Source of the DNA: Minisyncoccota bacterium
GTDB lineage: Bacteria > Patescibacteriota > Minisyncoccia > Phycocordibacterales > UBA918
Reading direction: 5' to 3'
Length of the DNA stretch: 64,000 nt
Assembly: GCA_041688155.1 (NCBI GenBank)
Contig: JBDNIW010000012.1
Location: 202-64,201 of the forward strand
Shown here: positions 9,337-18,108 of the stretch, piece after piece
Position numbering within the stretch: the first letter of the stretch is position 1
Layout: each line of letters begins with the position of its first letter
The notes under the pieces: generated by a model
The model's input: the letters and a program-made list of their open reading frames with translations, nothing else
What the model was told of the DNA's origin: nothing
The model's database searches: none
Made by a program: the position numbers and the translations under genes

Positions 9337-9840
9337 ATGAATAATGTCACAAACAATAACGTCTTTGCTTCATTTCGAGACAGCAAGACAAAAACACTTA
9401 AACTACGATTCTTGTTGGTGATTGTGTTTGGGTTCTTCTTCTATAGTGCTGGCATTTATATCTTACTTCGGGGGCTCTCAACGATTATGTTGGCTGAACA
9501 AGTAACCTTATTAAATTTTCTCCACTTATTTGCAACGGCGATACCGCCATTATTGATTGGATTCGGTTTACTAACTCTCAGGCATTGGTCAATATATGTA
9601 CTTGTTGCACACGTCACTCTGGCGGCACTTTCAGTACTTCCTTTATGGTACTTCGGTCTAAGTGAGTTGATTAGTAGTACCTTATCTAACAATTTGGTGA
9701 TTTTAGCTATTTTATTAGTCATGATTTCGCTTTCTTCGGAGTTGTACAAATCACGATACGGCATACTTCTCACAGTACTGTACGTATTGCTGCTGACTGT
9801 GACAAGTGGAACGCAGATATACTATCGATTGCAACTTTAA
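9337..9840 (+). CDS. hypothetical integral membrane protein
   Basis: About 5 hydrophobic segments in 167 aa. Confidence 0.65.
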   Translation: MNNVTNNNVFASFRDSKTKTLKLRFLLVIVFGFFFYSAGIYILLRGLSTIMLAEQVTLLNFLHLFATAIPPLLIGFGLLTLRHWSIYVLVAHVTLAALSVLPLWYFGLSELISSTLSNNLVILAILLVMISLSSELYKSRYGILLTVLYVLLLTVTSGTQIYYRLQL

Positions 9841-9965
9841 AGTAGTTTTACCGGACAGTTTTTACCTTTGAAGCGTATTAAACAAGGTGTTACTTTATAA
9901 TATTGGATTAGTGCTAGTACTGATTTGATGATGTAACATTATATTATGTGTGCTATAAAGACAGA

Positions 9966-11495
9966 ATGAAACAAATAAGTTTAGGCAGTGATTTTACCTT
10001 TCAAGCTTTTATTGAAGCGGTTTTTTCATCTCCGGACTTAGATATTCCTTCGTTGCAGAGTGCCAACAAAACAGTGCAAGCTTCAGCTGAAGAAATTGTA
10101 TATGGCTGGAACACCGGTTTTGGACCGATGGCTCAAATCTATGTTGGTAAGCATGAACGGGTAAATCTTCAATACAATCTCGTCCGTAGTCATGCCTGCG
10201 GGGCAGGAAAACCCCTGTCAGATACATTGTGCCGAGCCATTTTGATTGCTCGACTGCAGACACTCTCCTTAGGATATTCAGCTGTAACAGAGCCTTTGCT
10301 GAGCGCTATGAAAAAGTTGGTAGTAAATCGTATACACCCGGTGGTGTATGAGCACGGTTCTGTTGGGGCGAGCGGAGATTTGGTACAGTTAGCGCACGTT
10401 GGCCTAGGACTCATTGGAGAAGGGGAGGTTTGGTACGAGAACGTTCTGATGCCTGCTGCCAAGGCACTTGAGGCGTGCGGACTAACTCCTTATGAACTTG
10501 GAAACCGTGATGGTTTAGCATTAATCAATGGGACAGCTGCGATGACAGCAATCGCAGCCATAAATATCAATCAAGCAGAGCAACTCTTTGAGCAGGCTAT
10601 CATCAATACGGCTTTAATTTATGATATATGCGAAGTACATCGAGATGTTTTTGATTCGCTTGTGGCACAAGTTCGTCCCCACCCAGGTCAGCGATACGTT
10701 ATTGATCGTTTGAATCATTATCTGCCGACCAGCTCCCATACCAGAGCTACTCCACTAATTAATTCAAAACAGATTAACGATTCAGAAACGTCACTTTTGT
10801 CCCATAATCCACAAGATATATATTCGTTACGTTGCGTTCCTCAAATACTTGGTCCAATACAAGACTCGATTCAGAGGGCTAAACAAACAGTTACAATTGA
10901 GCTCCAAAGTGTTACCGACAACCCAATTTTCAGTGCTAACCGTATTGTACACAATGGTAATTTTCACGGTGATTATGTTTCGTACGAAATGGATTGTTTA
11001 AAAATTGCGATAACGAAGCTGAGTTTATTGCTTGACCGACAAATGCATTTTTTGCTCCACGAACGAATCAACCAAAAATTCCCGCCATTTTTAAATGCCA
11101 ATACTCCAGGTCTAACTCTCGGACTCCAAGGATTACAGTTCGTTGCTACTTCAACAACAGCGGAAAATCAAACGATAAGTAATCCGATGAGTATTCACAG
11201 TATTCCAACCAATGGTGATAATCAAGATGTGGTTAGTATGGGTACCAATAGCGCTCTACTAGCTCACAAAGTTGTGAATAATACTTTTGAAATTTTAGCT
11301 GCCCACACAATTGCAGTAGTTCAGGCTACTAGGTTAAGCGGTAAGGGTGAATCTTTACCAAAAGAGTTATCCATGAAATACCAAATCGTAAACGAATTGA
11401 TTCCAGTGCTAGATAAAGATATGTCTCTACAGCCGGTTTTGGCAAAAGTGGGCCAAGATCTGCAGTCGTATCCACATACCAAAAAAACAAAATAA
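9966..11495 (+). CDS. MIO-dependent aromatic amino acid ammonia-lyase (HAL/PAL/TAL family, probably TAL/PAL)
   Basis: YGWNTGFG, GSVGASGDL (MIO), DGLALINGT, QDIYSLRC, GNFHG, NQDVVSM. Confidence 0.93.
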   Translation: MKQISLGSDFTFQAFIEAVFSSPDLDIPSLQSANKTVQASAEEIVYGWNTGFGPMAQIYVGKHERVNLQYNLVRSHACGAGKPLSDTLCRAILIARLQTLSLGYSAVTEPLLSAMKKLVVNRIHPVVYEHGSVGASGDLVQLAHVGLGLIGEGEVWYENVLMPAAKALEACGLTPYELGNRDGLALINGTAAMTAIAAININQAEQLFEQAIINTALIYDICEVHRDVFDSLVAQVRPHPGQRYVIDRLNHYLPTSSHTRATPLINSKQINDSETSLLSHNPQDIYSLRCVPQILGPIQDSIQRAKQTVTIELQSVTDNPIFSANRIVHNGNFHGDYVSYEMDCLKIAITKLSLLLDRQMHFLLHERINQKFPPFLNANTPGLTLGLQGLQFVATSTTAENQTISNPMSIHSIPTNGDNQDVVSMGTNSALLAHKVVNNTFEILAAHTIAVVQATRLSGKGESLPKELSMKYQIVNELIPVLDKDMSLQPVLAKVGQDLQSYPHTKKTK

Positions 11496-11521
11496 TTGTA
11501 CTATATGGTATTATTCATTGT

Positions 11522-11734
11522 ATGAGCACGACATCAATAGTATTTACAAAAGTTTCTGCGGCACTGATTCTGTTACTAGCAATAGCAGCTTTCTTGGCTA
11601 CGTACGTCACCCAGGTTATAGGTGCACAGATGGCTAAAGAGTCAGGTTTTAGAGTAACAGAAAGTGTTAGCTGTACCCCAGGTCAATCAACTGAAAATGA
11701 TGCACATTTTTCAGGTTGTAGTTCTCTGATCTAG
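11522..11734 (+). CDS. small exported/membrane peptide with two Cys
   Basis: N-terminal hydrophobic helix, ..SCTPG..FSGCSSLI; -10 box (TGGTATTAT) just upstream. Confidence 0.65.
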   Translation: MSTTSIVFTKVSAALILLLAIAAFLATYVTQVIGAQMAKESGFRVTESVSCTPGQSTENDAHFSGCSSLI

Positions 11735-11751
11735 TTGCGCACAAGTGGGCG

Positions 11752-11828
11752 ATTGAAACTATTGAAACTATTGAAACTATTGAAACTATTGAAACTATTG
11801 AAACTATTGAAACTCAATAGTTTCAATC
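11752..11828. repeat. 7x 9-bp tandem repeat ATTGAAACT followed by an inverted copy
   Basis: Units at 11752-11814, then CAATAGTTTCAATC. Confidence 0.95.
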
Positions 11829-11925
11829 AAATGATAGAGAGAATTAATCTGGCTGATATTTTTACTAAAAATGAACATTGGATCCAATTAATATCAATCG
11901 AGCGACGCGCCGAACAGCTAAGTAC

Positions 11926-11963
11926 ATAGAAAAACCACCGGGTTTATCCGGTGGGTTTTCTAT
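11926..11963. terminator. terminator-like hairpin at the right end of the island
   Basis: ATAGAAAAACCACCGG-GTTTAT-CCGGTGGGTTTTCTAT. Confidence 0.7.
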
Positions 11964-12139
11964 TGCAATTCCACTTATTTCGCGTATAGTACTGCGCAAG
12001 ACGGGTTGCTAGTCCTATCTCTTTTGGTTGCTAGTACCGTTGTAGGCTTGGTGTTGACCTCGGTTGCACATAGCCGAATTTATTAAGGAGCCAGTCGTGA
12101 CATCTTCACGAAACTACTCCACTTTAGTCTAAGAAAAAA
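11963..12139 (+). promoter_or_regulatory. promoter and structured leader for rpsN-secY
   Basis: TTGCAA..TATAGT; stems TCGGTT/AGCCGA, TCGTGA/TCACGA; GGTTGCTAGT repeated twice. Confidence 0.5.
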
Positions 12140-12325
12140 ATGGCACGAAAAGCACTTTTGATCCGCGCAGCGCGGACACCAAAGTTCAAATCGCGTGTGG
12201 TCCGACGTTGCGCCCTGTGTGGTCGTGGCAAGGGGTACATGCGTGACTTCGATATGTGTCGGATCTGTTTCCGAGAACAAGCACACGAAGGTCATATTCC
12301 AGGCGTAACCAAATCATCATGGTAG
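12140..12325 (+). CDS. rpsN: 30S ribosomal protein S14 (type Z, Zn-binding)
   Basis: RCALCGR...MCRICFRE...IPGVTKSSW. Confidence 0.97.
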   Translation: MARKALLIRAARTPKFKSRVVRRCALCGRGKGYMRDFDMCRICFREQAHEGHIPGVTKSSW

Positions 12326-12714
12326 GCGACGTCGTGGGGGATTTTATCATCCGCCTCAAAAACGCCGGAGCAGTGAACAAGGGAACGATTTCGATCCCGT
12401 ATTCAAAACTCCGACACGCGGTAGCAGATAAGTTAGTAGACGCTGGATATCTAGTGTCAGTAACCACTGCCGGTGTTAAGGTACAAGAAAAAACTCTCGA
12501 AGTGACACTGAGGTATGAGGACGGCACACACATCATCCGTGGTGTAAAACGCATCTCAAAACCAGGTCGACGTCTCTATACGAAAGTTACGGATATTCAT
12601 CCGGTTAAATTTGGACAAGGGCACATGATCCTTTCTACCCCCGCAGGCATCGTCACTGGCGAAGAAGCGCGGGCCCAGAAAGTTGGTGGTGAGCAATTGT
12701 TTATCATTTGGTAA
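12319..12714 (+). CDS. rpsH: 30S ribosomal protein S8
   Basis: DFIIRLKNA, RISKPGRRLY, ILSTPAG, GGE. Confidence 0.97.
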   Translation: MVGDVVGDFIIRLKNAGAVNKGTISIPYSKLRHAVADKLVDAGYLVSVTTAGVKVQEKTLEVTLRYEDGTHIIRGVKRISKPGRRLYTKVTDIHPVKFGQGHMILSTPAGIVTGEEARAQKVGGEQLFIIW

Positions 12715-12715
12715 T

Positions 12716-13252
12716 ATGTCACGATTAGGAAAAATTCCAGTCGTCATCCCAGCGGGAGTAGAGGTTACTCTCACTGACGGCGTACTGAAGACAAAAGGAC
12801 CCAAAGCCACCCTCGAGCGAGCTGTTCGAGAAGCCAACGTGTCGTTTGTAATCGAAGGAAACGAAATAACGCTCGCACCAGTGAACCAAACCAAAGAGTC
12901 AAGAGCGCTTTGGGGTACCTATGCCGCGCACGCGCGCAACATGATCACCGGAGTGACAGAGGGGTTCACTCGGGTACTTGAGATTGAAGGAGTGGGGTAT
13001 CGAGCGACCATCGAAGGTAATACAATCGTACTGAACGTCGGATTCTCACACCAAGTCAAGCTAGAAATCCCAGCTGGGATTACGGCTGAAGTGGTCAAGA
13101 GCACCATCACTCTAGCTGGGTCTGATAAAGACGCACTGGGGCAGTTCGCTGCCAACCTGCGCAAAGTCAAACCACCAGAACCATACAAAGGCAAAGGAAT
13201 CAGGTACCAAGGCGAACACATTATCCGCAAGCAAGGTAAGAAGGCTGTCTAG
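12716..13252 (+). CDS. rplF: 50S ribosomal protein L6
   Basis: MSRLGKIPV, GVGYRA, PEPYKGKGIRY. Confidence 0.98.
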   Translation: MSRLGKIPVVIPAGVEVTLTDGVLKTKGPKATLERAVREANVSFVIEGNEITLAPVNQTKESRALWGTYAAHARNMITGVTEGFTRVLEIEGVGYRATIEGNTIVLNVGFSHQVKLEIPAGITAEVVKSTITLAGSDKDALGQFAANLRKVKPPEPYKGKGIRYQGEHIIRKQGKKAV

Positions 13253-13273
13253 TCTCGCCGTAATTATATTTGT

Positions 13274-13621
13274 ATGAAAACAATCATCAGCAAAGCGCAA
13301 TCACGTGCCAAACGACACAACCGCCTGCGACACAAAATCACTGGAACAGCAGCCCGACCACGACTCGCTGTGTTCAAGAGCAATAAGTTCGTATACGCGC
13401 AATTGATCAACGATGAAACTGGCACCACATTGGCTGCAGTTGACTCGCGGAAAGAGAAAGGGACGTCACTCGAGGCTGCTCAAGTTATCGGCACCGCCAT
13501 CGCCAAACAAGCGCTCGATGCTAAGGTAACCGAAGTTGTGTTCGACCGCGGAGGGTTCCAATACATCGGGATAGTGGCTGCAGTAGCAGACGCCGCCCGA
13601 GCCGGAGGATTAAAGTTCTAG
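13274..13621 (+). CDS. rplR: 50S ribosomal protein L18
   Basis: RPRLAVFKSNK, VVFDRGG, ARAGGLKF. Confidence 0.98.
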   Translation: MKTIISKAQSRAKRHNRLRHKITGTAARPRLAVFKSNKFVYAQLINDETGTTLAAVDSRKEKGTSLEAAQVIGTAIAKQALDAKVTEVVFDRGGFQYIGIVAAVADAARAGGLKF

Positions 13622-13652
13622 TTCTAGATACATTAAAAAATAGCAAATTACT

Positions 13653-14345
13653 ATGTCTGAAGATAAACAGCAGGAAGCTACAACTGACAAAAAGTCAGAC
13701 GCTGTCGTGGAGAAAACTCCCACAGCAGTTGCGCCGGAAGCGGCCGCAACCACAGATGCACCCGCTGGCGAAACGCCCGTCCTGACAGGCGGTGATCGTC
13801 CGCGACGAGGTGGAGCGCGTCCCCGAGGGGCCAATGATCGCCGCGCTGGCGCCCAAGGTAGTCGCCGCGGGGGTGGTAACCGCCGGAGCGGTCGCCCAGA
13901 GCGAGTGAAACCGGAATTCGACCAGAAAATCATCAGTATTCGCCGAGTGACCCGTGTGATGGCGGGAGGTCGTCGGTTCTCATTCTCAGTATCAATGGTG
14001 ATTGGAGACAAAAAAGGTAAAGTTGGCGTTGGTATCGGCAAGGCTGGTGATACCCAACTAGCGATTGAAAAGGCTGTCCGAGACGCGAAGAAAAACATGT
14101 TGCAGGTCTCAATGGATGCTGAAGGCCGCATCCCACACGATGTGCATGTGAAATACGCTTCAAGCGAAGTTATGATCATGCCAGCACCTGGGCGAGGGCT
14201 CGTGGCTGGATCATCAGTGCGTACCGTACTGGAGCTAGCTGGAGTCAAAGACGTGACGGCAAAACTCTTTTCTCGAAGTAAGAACAAACTTAACAATGCA
14301 CGCGCTGCTGTCGAGGCGCTCAAGGAGCTAAAAATGAAAGCGTAA
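13653..14345 (+). CDS. rpsE: 30S ribosomal protein S5 with long N-terminal extension
   Basis: RRVTRVMAGGRRFSF, PAPGRGLVAG. Confidence 0.98.
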   Translation: MSEDKQQEATTDKKSDAVVEKTPTAVAPEAAATTDAPAGETPVLTGGDRPRRGGARPRGANDRRAGAQGSRRGGGNRRSGRPERVKPEFDQKIISIRRVTRVMAGGRRFSFSVSMVIGDKKGKVGVGIGKAGDTQLAIEKAVRDAKKNMLQVSMDAEGRIPHDVHVKYASSEVMIMPAPGRGLVAGSSVRTVLELAGVKDVTAKLFSRSKNKLNNARAAVEALKELKMKA

Positions 14346-14346
14346 T

Positions 14347-14796
14347 ATGCAACTTCATGAACTACAGCCTTCAACTCCTAAAAAAGCCGCAAAGCGGATT
14401 GGACGAGGAGGAAAGCGCGGTAAGACTTCAGGCCGAGGTCACAAAGGACAGAAAGCGCGAGCTGGTAACAGTACTCGCCCAGAAATGCGTGAGCACATCA
14501 AGAAAATTCCCAAGCTTCGTGGTCACGGAGTCAACCGATCGCGGACAGTGAACGCCGAAAAGGTGCGACCAGTAGCGATCAATATTGCTGCGCTTGAAGC
14601 CGGGTTTGAAGCTGGCGCAGTAGTAAACCGAAAAACCATGGTCGCAGCTGGTGTGCTCGCAACCGTCCGAATGAAAGCTCCCGCGGTCAAGATTCTTGGC
14701 AACGGGGACCTCACCAAAAAACTAATCGTTGAAGATTGTCAGGTATCTGCCTCAGCTAAAAGCAAAATTGAAGCGGCTGGCGGAAGCGTAAAATAA
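14347..14796 (+). CDS. rplO: 50S ribosomal protein L15
   Basis: RIGRGGKRGKTSGRGHKGQKAR, VKILGNG. Confidence 0.98.
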   Translation: MQLHELQPSTPKKAAKRIGRGGKRGKTSGRGHKGQKARAGNSTRPEMREHIKKIPKLRGHGVNRSRTVNAEKVRPVAINIAALEAGFEAGAVVNRKTMVAAGVLATVRMKAPAVKILGNGDLTKKLIVEDCQVSASAKSKIEAAGGSVK

Positions 14797-14812
14797 GCGG
14801 TAAACTCAGCTT

Positions 14813-16081
14813 ATGCAAACATTCTTCCAGAAACTTAAAATAGCTTTCACTGACCGGACGATTCGTAATCGCATCTTATTTATTTTTGGTGCGCTGATCG
14901 TGTTTCGTCTGTTGGCATCAATTCCAATTCCTGGAGTTGATCAAACGGTGCTCGAACAATTCTTTAGTAACAACCAATTCTTGGGTCTACTGAATATATT
15001 CTCCGGCGGAGGGTTGGCGAACTTGTCCATCGTGATGCTTGGGGTGGGGCCGTTTATTACAGCTTCCATCATCATGCAGTTGATGACCGTGATGTCACCA
15101 GCGGTGAAAAGTATGAACACCGAAGAGGGAGAAGCTGGTAAGGCTAAATTCACGCAGTATAGTCGCATGTTGACGTTGCCGCTAGCGGTCTTACAAGGAT
15201 TTGGGTTCCTCACGCTCTTGCAGAGCCAGGGTGTACTAGTTGGACTATCGACGTTTGATTTCATTTTGAACATCATTCTGATTGTGTCTGGTTCGATTCT
15301 ACTCATGTGGATTGGTGAACTAGTGACTGAATACGGGATTGGTAACGGAGTATCGATTATCATTTTTGCCGGGATTGTAGCGACGCTACCGTCCACTGCC
15401 TCACAGTTGTTCTTCAGCTATGATCCATCACAACTACCGTTGTATCTAGGGTTCGGTTTGATTGCGCTAGCGGTTATCTACGCGGTGGTGATTATGACCG
15501 AAGCCGAGCGACCAGTACCTGTCACCTACTCCAAAGAAAGCCGCGGCGGGAGTACCTACGGCAAAAGTGCGTCGTATCTACCAATGCGCCTCAACCAAGC
15601 TGGTGTAATCCCAATCATCTTTGCGTTGTCCATCATCCTGTTTCCACAGATGATTCTCAACATCTTGACGGCGTTCAACTTGCCGTGGGTGGCAGACGCC
15701 AACACCGTAGTGACTGATTTTCTCAACAACCAATGGGCGTACGGAGCAACGTACTTTATCCTCGTGATTCTGTTTACGTTCTTCTACACCGCGGTAACGT
15801 TTGATCCAGACAATGTGGCCAAAAACCTACAACGATCAGGTGGCTTCATCCCAGGCATCCGTCCGGGGGCACAAACCAGCGAATACCTTGGTAACCTGGT
15901 TACTCGACTGACATTGGTAGGTGCGCTCTTCCTAGGGTTTGTAGCGGTGCTTCCAGTTGGGATGCAGATTGCTACCGGAATCACCGCCCTGGCGATTGGA
16001 GGAACGGCGATTCTCATTGTGGTGCAAGTGGTGCTTGACCTGATCCGAAGGCTAGACGCCCAAGTCTCAATGCGGGAATAA
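14813..16081 (+). CDS. secY: preprotein translocase SecY
   Basis: LGVGPFITASIIMQL, GIGNGVS, AGVIPIIFA, FIPGIRPG. Confidence 0.99.
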   Translation: MQTFFQKLKIAFTDRTIRNRILFIFGALIVFRLLASIPIPGVDQTVLEQFFSNNQFLGLLNIFSGGGLANLSIVMLGVGPFITASIIMQLMTVMSPAVKSMNTEEGEAGKAKFTQYSRMLTLPLAVLQGFGFLTLLQSQGVLVGLSTFDFILNIILIVSGSILLMWIGELVTEYGIGNGVSIIIFAGIVATLPSTASQLFFSYDPSQLPLYLGFGLIALAVIYAVVIMTEAERPVPVTYSKESRGGSTYGKSASYLPMRLNQAGVIPIIFALSIILFPQMILNILTAFNLPWVADANTVVTDFLNNQWAYGATYFILVILFTFFYTAVTFDPDNVAKNLQRSGGFIPGIRPGAQTSEYLGNLVTRLTLVGALFLGFVAVLPVGMQIATGITALAIGGTAILIVVQVVLDLIRRLDAQVSMRE

Positions 16082-16197
16082 ATCTCCAAAACTAGGCAGC
16101 TACTTTGTTGCTCTACGAAAAAAGACCCTCACTGGACATTCGTCCCGCTCGGGTCTTTTTTCTTGTGCGCCGCGCATCTTTCCTAATTTGGGGATTT
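16080..16197. repeat. long imperfect palindrome / bidirectional terminator after secY
   Basis: AAATCTCCAAA/TTTGGGGATTT outer arms and GAAAAAAGACCC/GGGTCTTTTTTC inner arms. Confidence 0.65.
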
Positions 16198-16220
16198 ATT
16201 CAGCCGTATTACTTTTGAGT

Positions 16221-16853
16221 TTAGTATTGGTTCTTGTATGAAAACCCAAGTGGGATGGCGCTTTTCCGTTGTTTCCAGTATTCCATCTGCAGCCACTGCT
16301 TATAGGCATCAAATACGGCAATCGCGACTGAGTGCGGGTTGTGGCGGGCGGTGTCGATGATTAGGTCAAATTGCGATTGATCGTACGGATCGACCCCATA
16401 TAGTTTCAAAAAGCGTTCTTGTTCATCACACATCCGGTCCTCAACACTGTGCGCCACCGACGAGAGGGTTTGGTCACCTCCCTCAACGCCAGTCCGGGTC
16501 GAGTTGGCGGTGACGTCTTTATAGATTCGCGCGGTGGCAACTGAGAGGTCTAAGTCCAAATAGACTTTGAATGATTCGGGGAGCCAGTAGAACCCGAGAC
16601 GCGAGTCAACGATGATGTCTTCTTGGTCTCGCAAGTTGCGCAACTCCTCATCAATTTGGTCGTCAAGGTCATGGTCTGAGAAAGCTTTCCGGTTGTATTC
16701 TTCGAGCGTGATGCCGTTGCGTTTGAGTACCCGGCGTACCATGTCACCAGAGGAATGCCGTGTGTACCCCAGTAGCTCCGCGACTTTGTCAGAGGTAGAC
16801 GATTTGCCGCTGCCTGGTTTGCCAGAGAGAGTGATGATGTGTTTCTTTTGCAT
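16221..16853 (-). CDS. cmk: cytidylate kinase, archaeal-type (paralog 2)
   Basis: ITLSGKPGSGKSS, SSGDMVR, IVDSRLG, FDLIIDT. Confidence 0.8.
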   Translation of the reverse strand: MQKKHIITLSGKPGSGKSSTSDKVAELLGYTRHSSGDMVRRVLKRNGITLEEYNRKAFSDHDLDDQIDEELRNLRDQEDIIVDSRLGFYWLPESFKVYLDLDLSVATARIYKDVTANSTRTGVEGGDQTLSSVAHSVEDRMCDEQERFLKLYGVDPYDQSQFDLIIDTARHNPHSVAIAVFDAYKQWLQMEYWKQRKSAIPLGFSYKNQY

Positions 16854-16857
16854 GCGT

Positions 16858-17427
16858 CTATGATACACGCCATTGCGCAAATGCGGCAATCACCAGTGCG
16901 GCAACTTCCGCCGGATTGTGTTTCTCGGTGTCAACTACGAGGTCGTATTGAGTGCTGTCGTATGGTGATAGTCCATAGTGGCGCATGTATCGATCGTTAT
17001 GATTCTCGATGCGGGCTTGGATGCGTTTCTTGGCTTCCTCGACACTGTCCATGACATCCCCAACTGATTTGCGAGTCTCGCGCTCGCGGTCCTTGTAGAT
17101 ACGCCGAGCTGATTCTTCAATAGATACCTGAAAAAAAACTTTAAATCCGCTGGGAACAAAATGAAACGCTAGGTGTGAATCGACGACGATGTTATCTACT
17201 TCAGTCTGGATTCTTTTTAACTCTAGGTCAATTAGTTCATCGTCATCTTTGTGTGTGGCAATGTGTGCATTAAATTCGTCAAACGTCATTCCTCGTTTTT
17301 TTGCTATTGAGCGCATGTAGTCACCAGTAGAAAACATCTGCATACCTAACTGGGCCGCAATCTCGTCTCGGACGGTTGATTTGCCACCACCTGGTAATCC
17401 ACCAAGACAAATAATATTCTTTTTCAT
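16858..17427 (-). CDS. cmk: cytidylate kinase, archaeal-type (paralog 1)
   Basis: GGLPGGGKST, STGDYMR, VVDSHLA, YDLVVDT. Confidence 0.8.
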   Translation of the reverse strand: MKKNIICLGGLPGGGKSTVRDEIAAQLGMQMFSTGDYMRSIAKKRGMTFDEFNAHIATHKDDDELIDLELKRIQTEVDNIVVDSHLAFHFVPSGFKVFFQVSIEESARRIYKDRERETRKSVGDVMDSVEEAKKRIQARIENHNDRYMRHYGLSPYDSTQYDLVVDTEKHNPAEVAALVIAAFAQWRVS

Positions 17428-17502
17428 GTCGAACAGAATAACACAACTTGCAGTTTTTGGGCGACTTGTTTTTTGACATAACTTACGTACACTAGGCAAC
17501 GT

Positions 17503-18099
17503 ATGACACCAAAAACCATTATTTTTATTGGACCCCAAGGAAGTGGGAAGGGAACCCAGATTGCAAAACTATACGACGTGATTGCTGCTAGCGACCCGTC
17601 GCGCCGGATTGTCGACATTCAGACTGGGCGTCGGTTCAGGGCGTTAGCCGCCAAACATGAAACATTCGCAGACAAGAAAATAGCTGACAGTATGAGTACG
17701 GGTGAATTGCAGCCTGACTTCATCACCCACTTGCTATGGGGACAAGCGATGCTCGACCAGCTCGACCCTAAGTCCCATTTGTTGATTGACGGGTTCCCTC
17801 GCACCGCCCATCAAGCTCGTGTGCTTGATAATGCCCTGACGTTTTTTGAACGTGACAAAGTCACCGTTATCAACCTCGACACTCCTGAAGACATCGTGCG
17901 TAGTCGAATGGAAAGTCGTGCCCGGGCGGATGATACTCCAGATTCAATCGAGACCCGACTGCGCTGGTACCGCGAAGATACTCTGCCGGTACTTGATTTT
18001 TATCGGGCTCGCACCCACACGACAGTGCACGATATAGATGGTACGATGGATATTGATGGCGTACACAACGCAATTTGTGACGCTCTTAACTTGTCCTAA
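17503..18099 (+). CDS. adk: adenylate kinase family NMP kinase (short LID)
   Basis: GPQGSGKGTQ, LIDGFPRT, RADDT; upstream of map. Confidence 0.9.
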   Translation: MTPKTIIFIGPQGSGKGTQIAKLYDVIAASDPSRRIVDIQTGRRFRALAAKHETFADKKIADSMSTGELQPDFITHLLWGQAMLDQLDPKSHLLIDGFPRTAHQARVLDNALTFFERDKVTVINLDTPEDIVRSRMESRARADDTPDSIETRLRWYREDTLPVLDFYRARTHTTVHDIDGTMDIDGVHNAICDALNLS

Positions 18100-18108
18100 C
18101 TTTTTATA

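Noticed and set aside
9966-11495. Histidine utilisation (hutH) operon
   Set aside because: No hutU/I/G is nearby and the NQD signature argues against a canonical HAL.
11717-11734. CaaX prenylation motif paired with the ICMT-like gene
   Set aside because: The Cys is fifth from the end and no prenyltransferase is visible.
11735-11929. CRISPR-like ATTGAAAC repeats and the LKL-repeat ORF
   Set aside because: The units are 9 bp with no spacers and no cas genes; the ORF is just the translated minisatellite.
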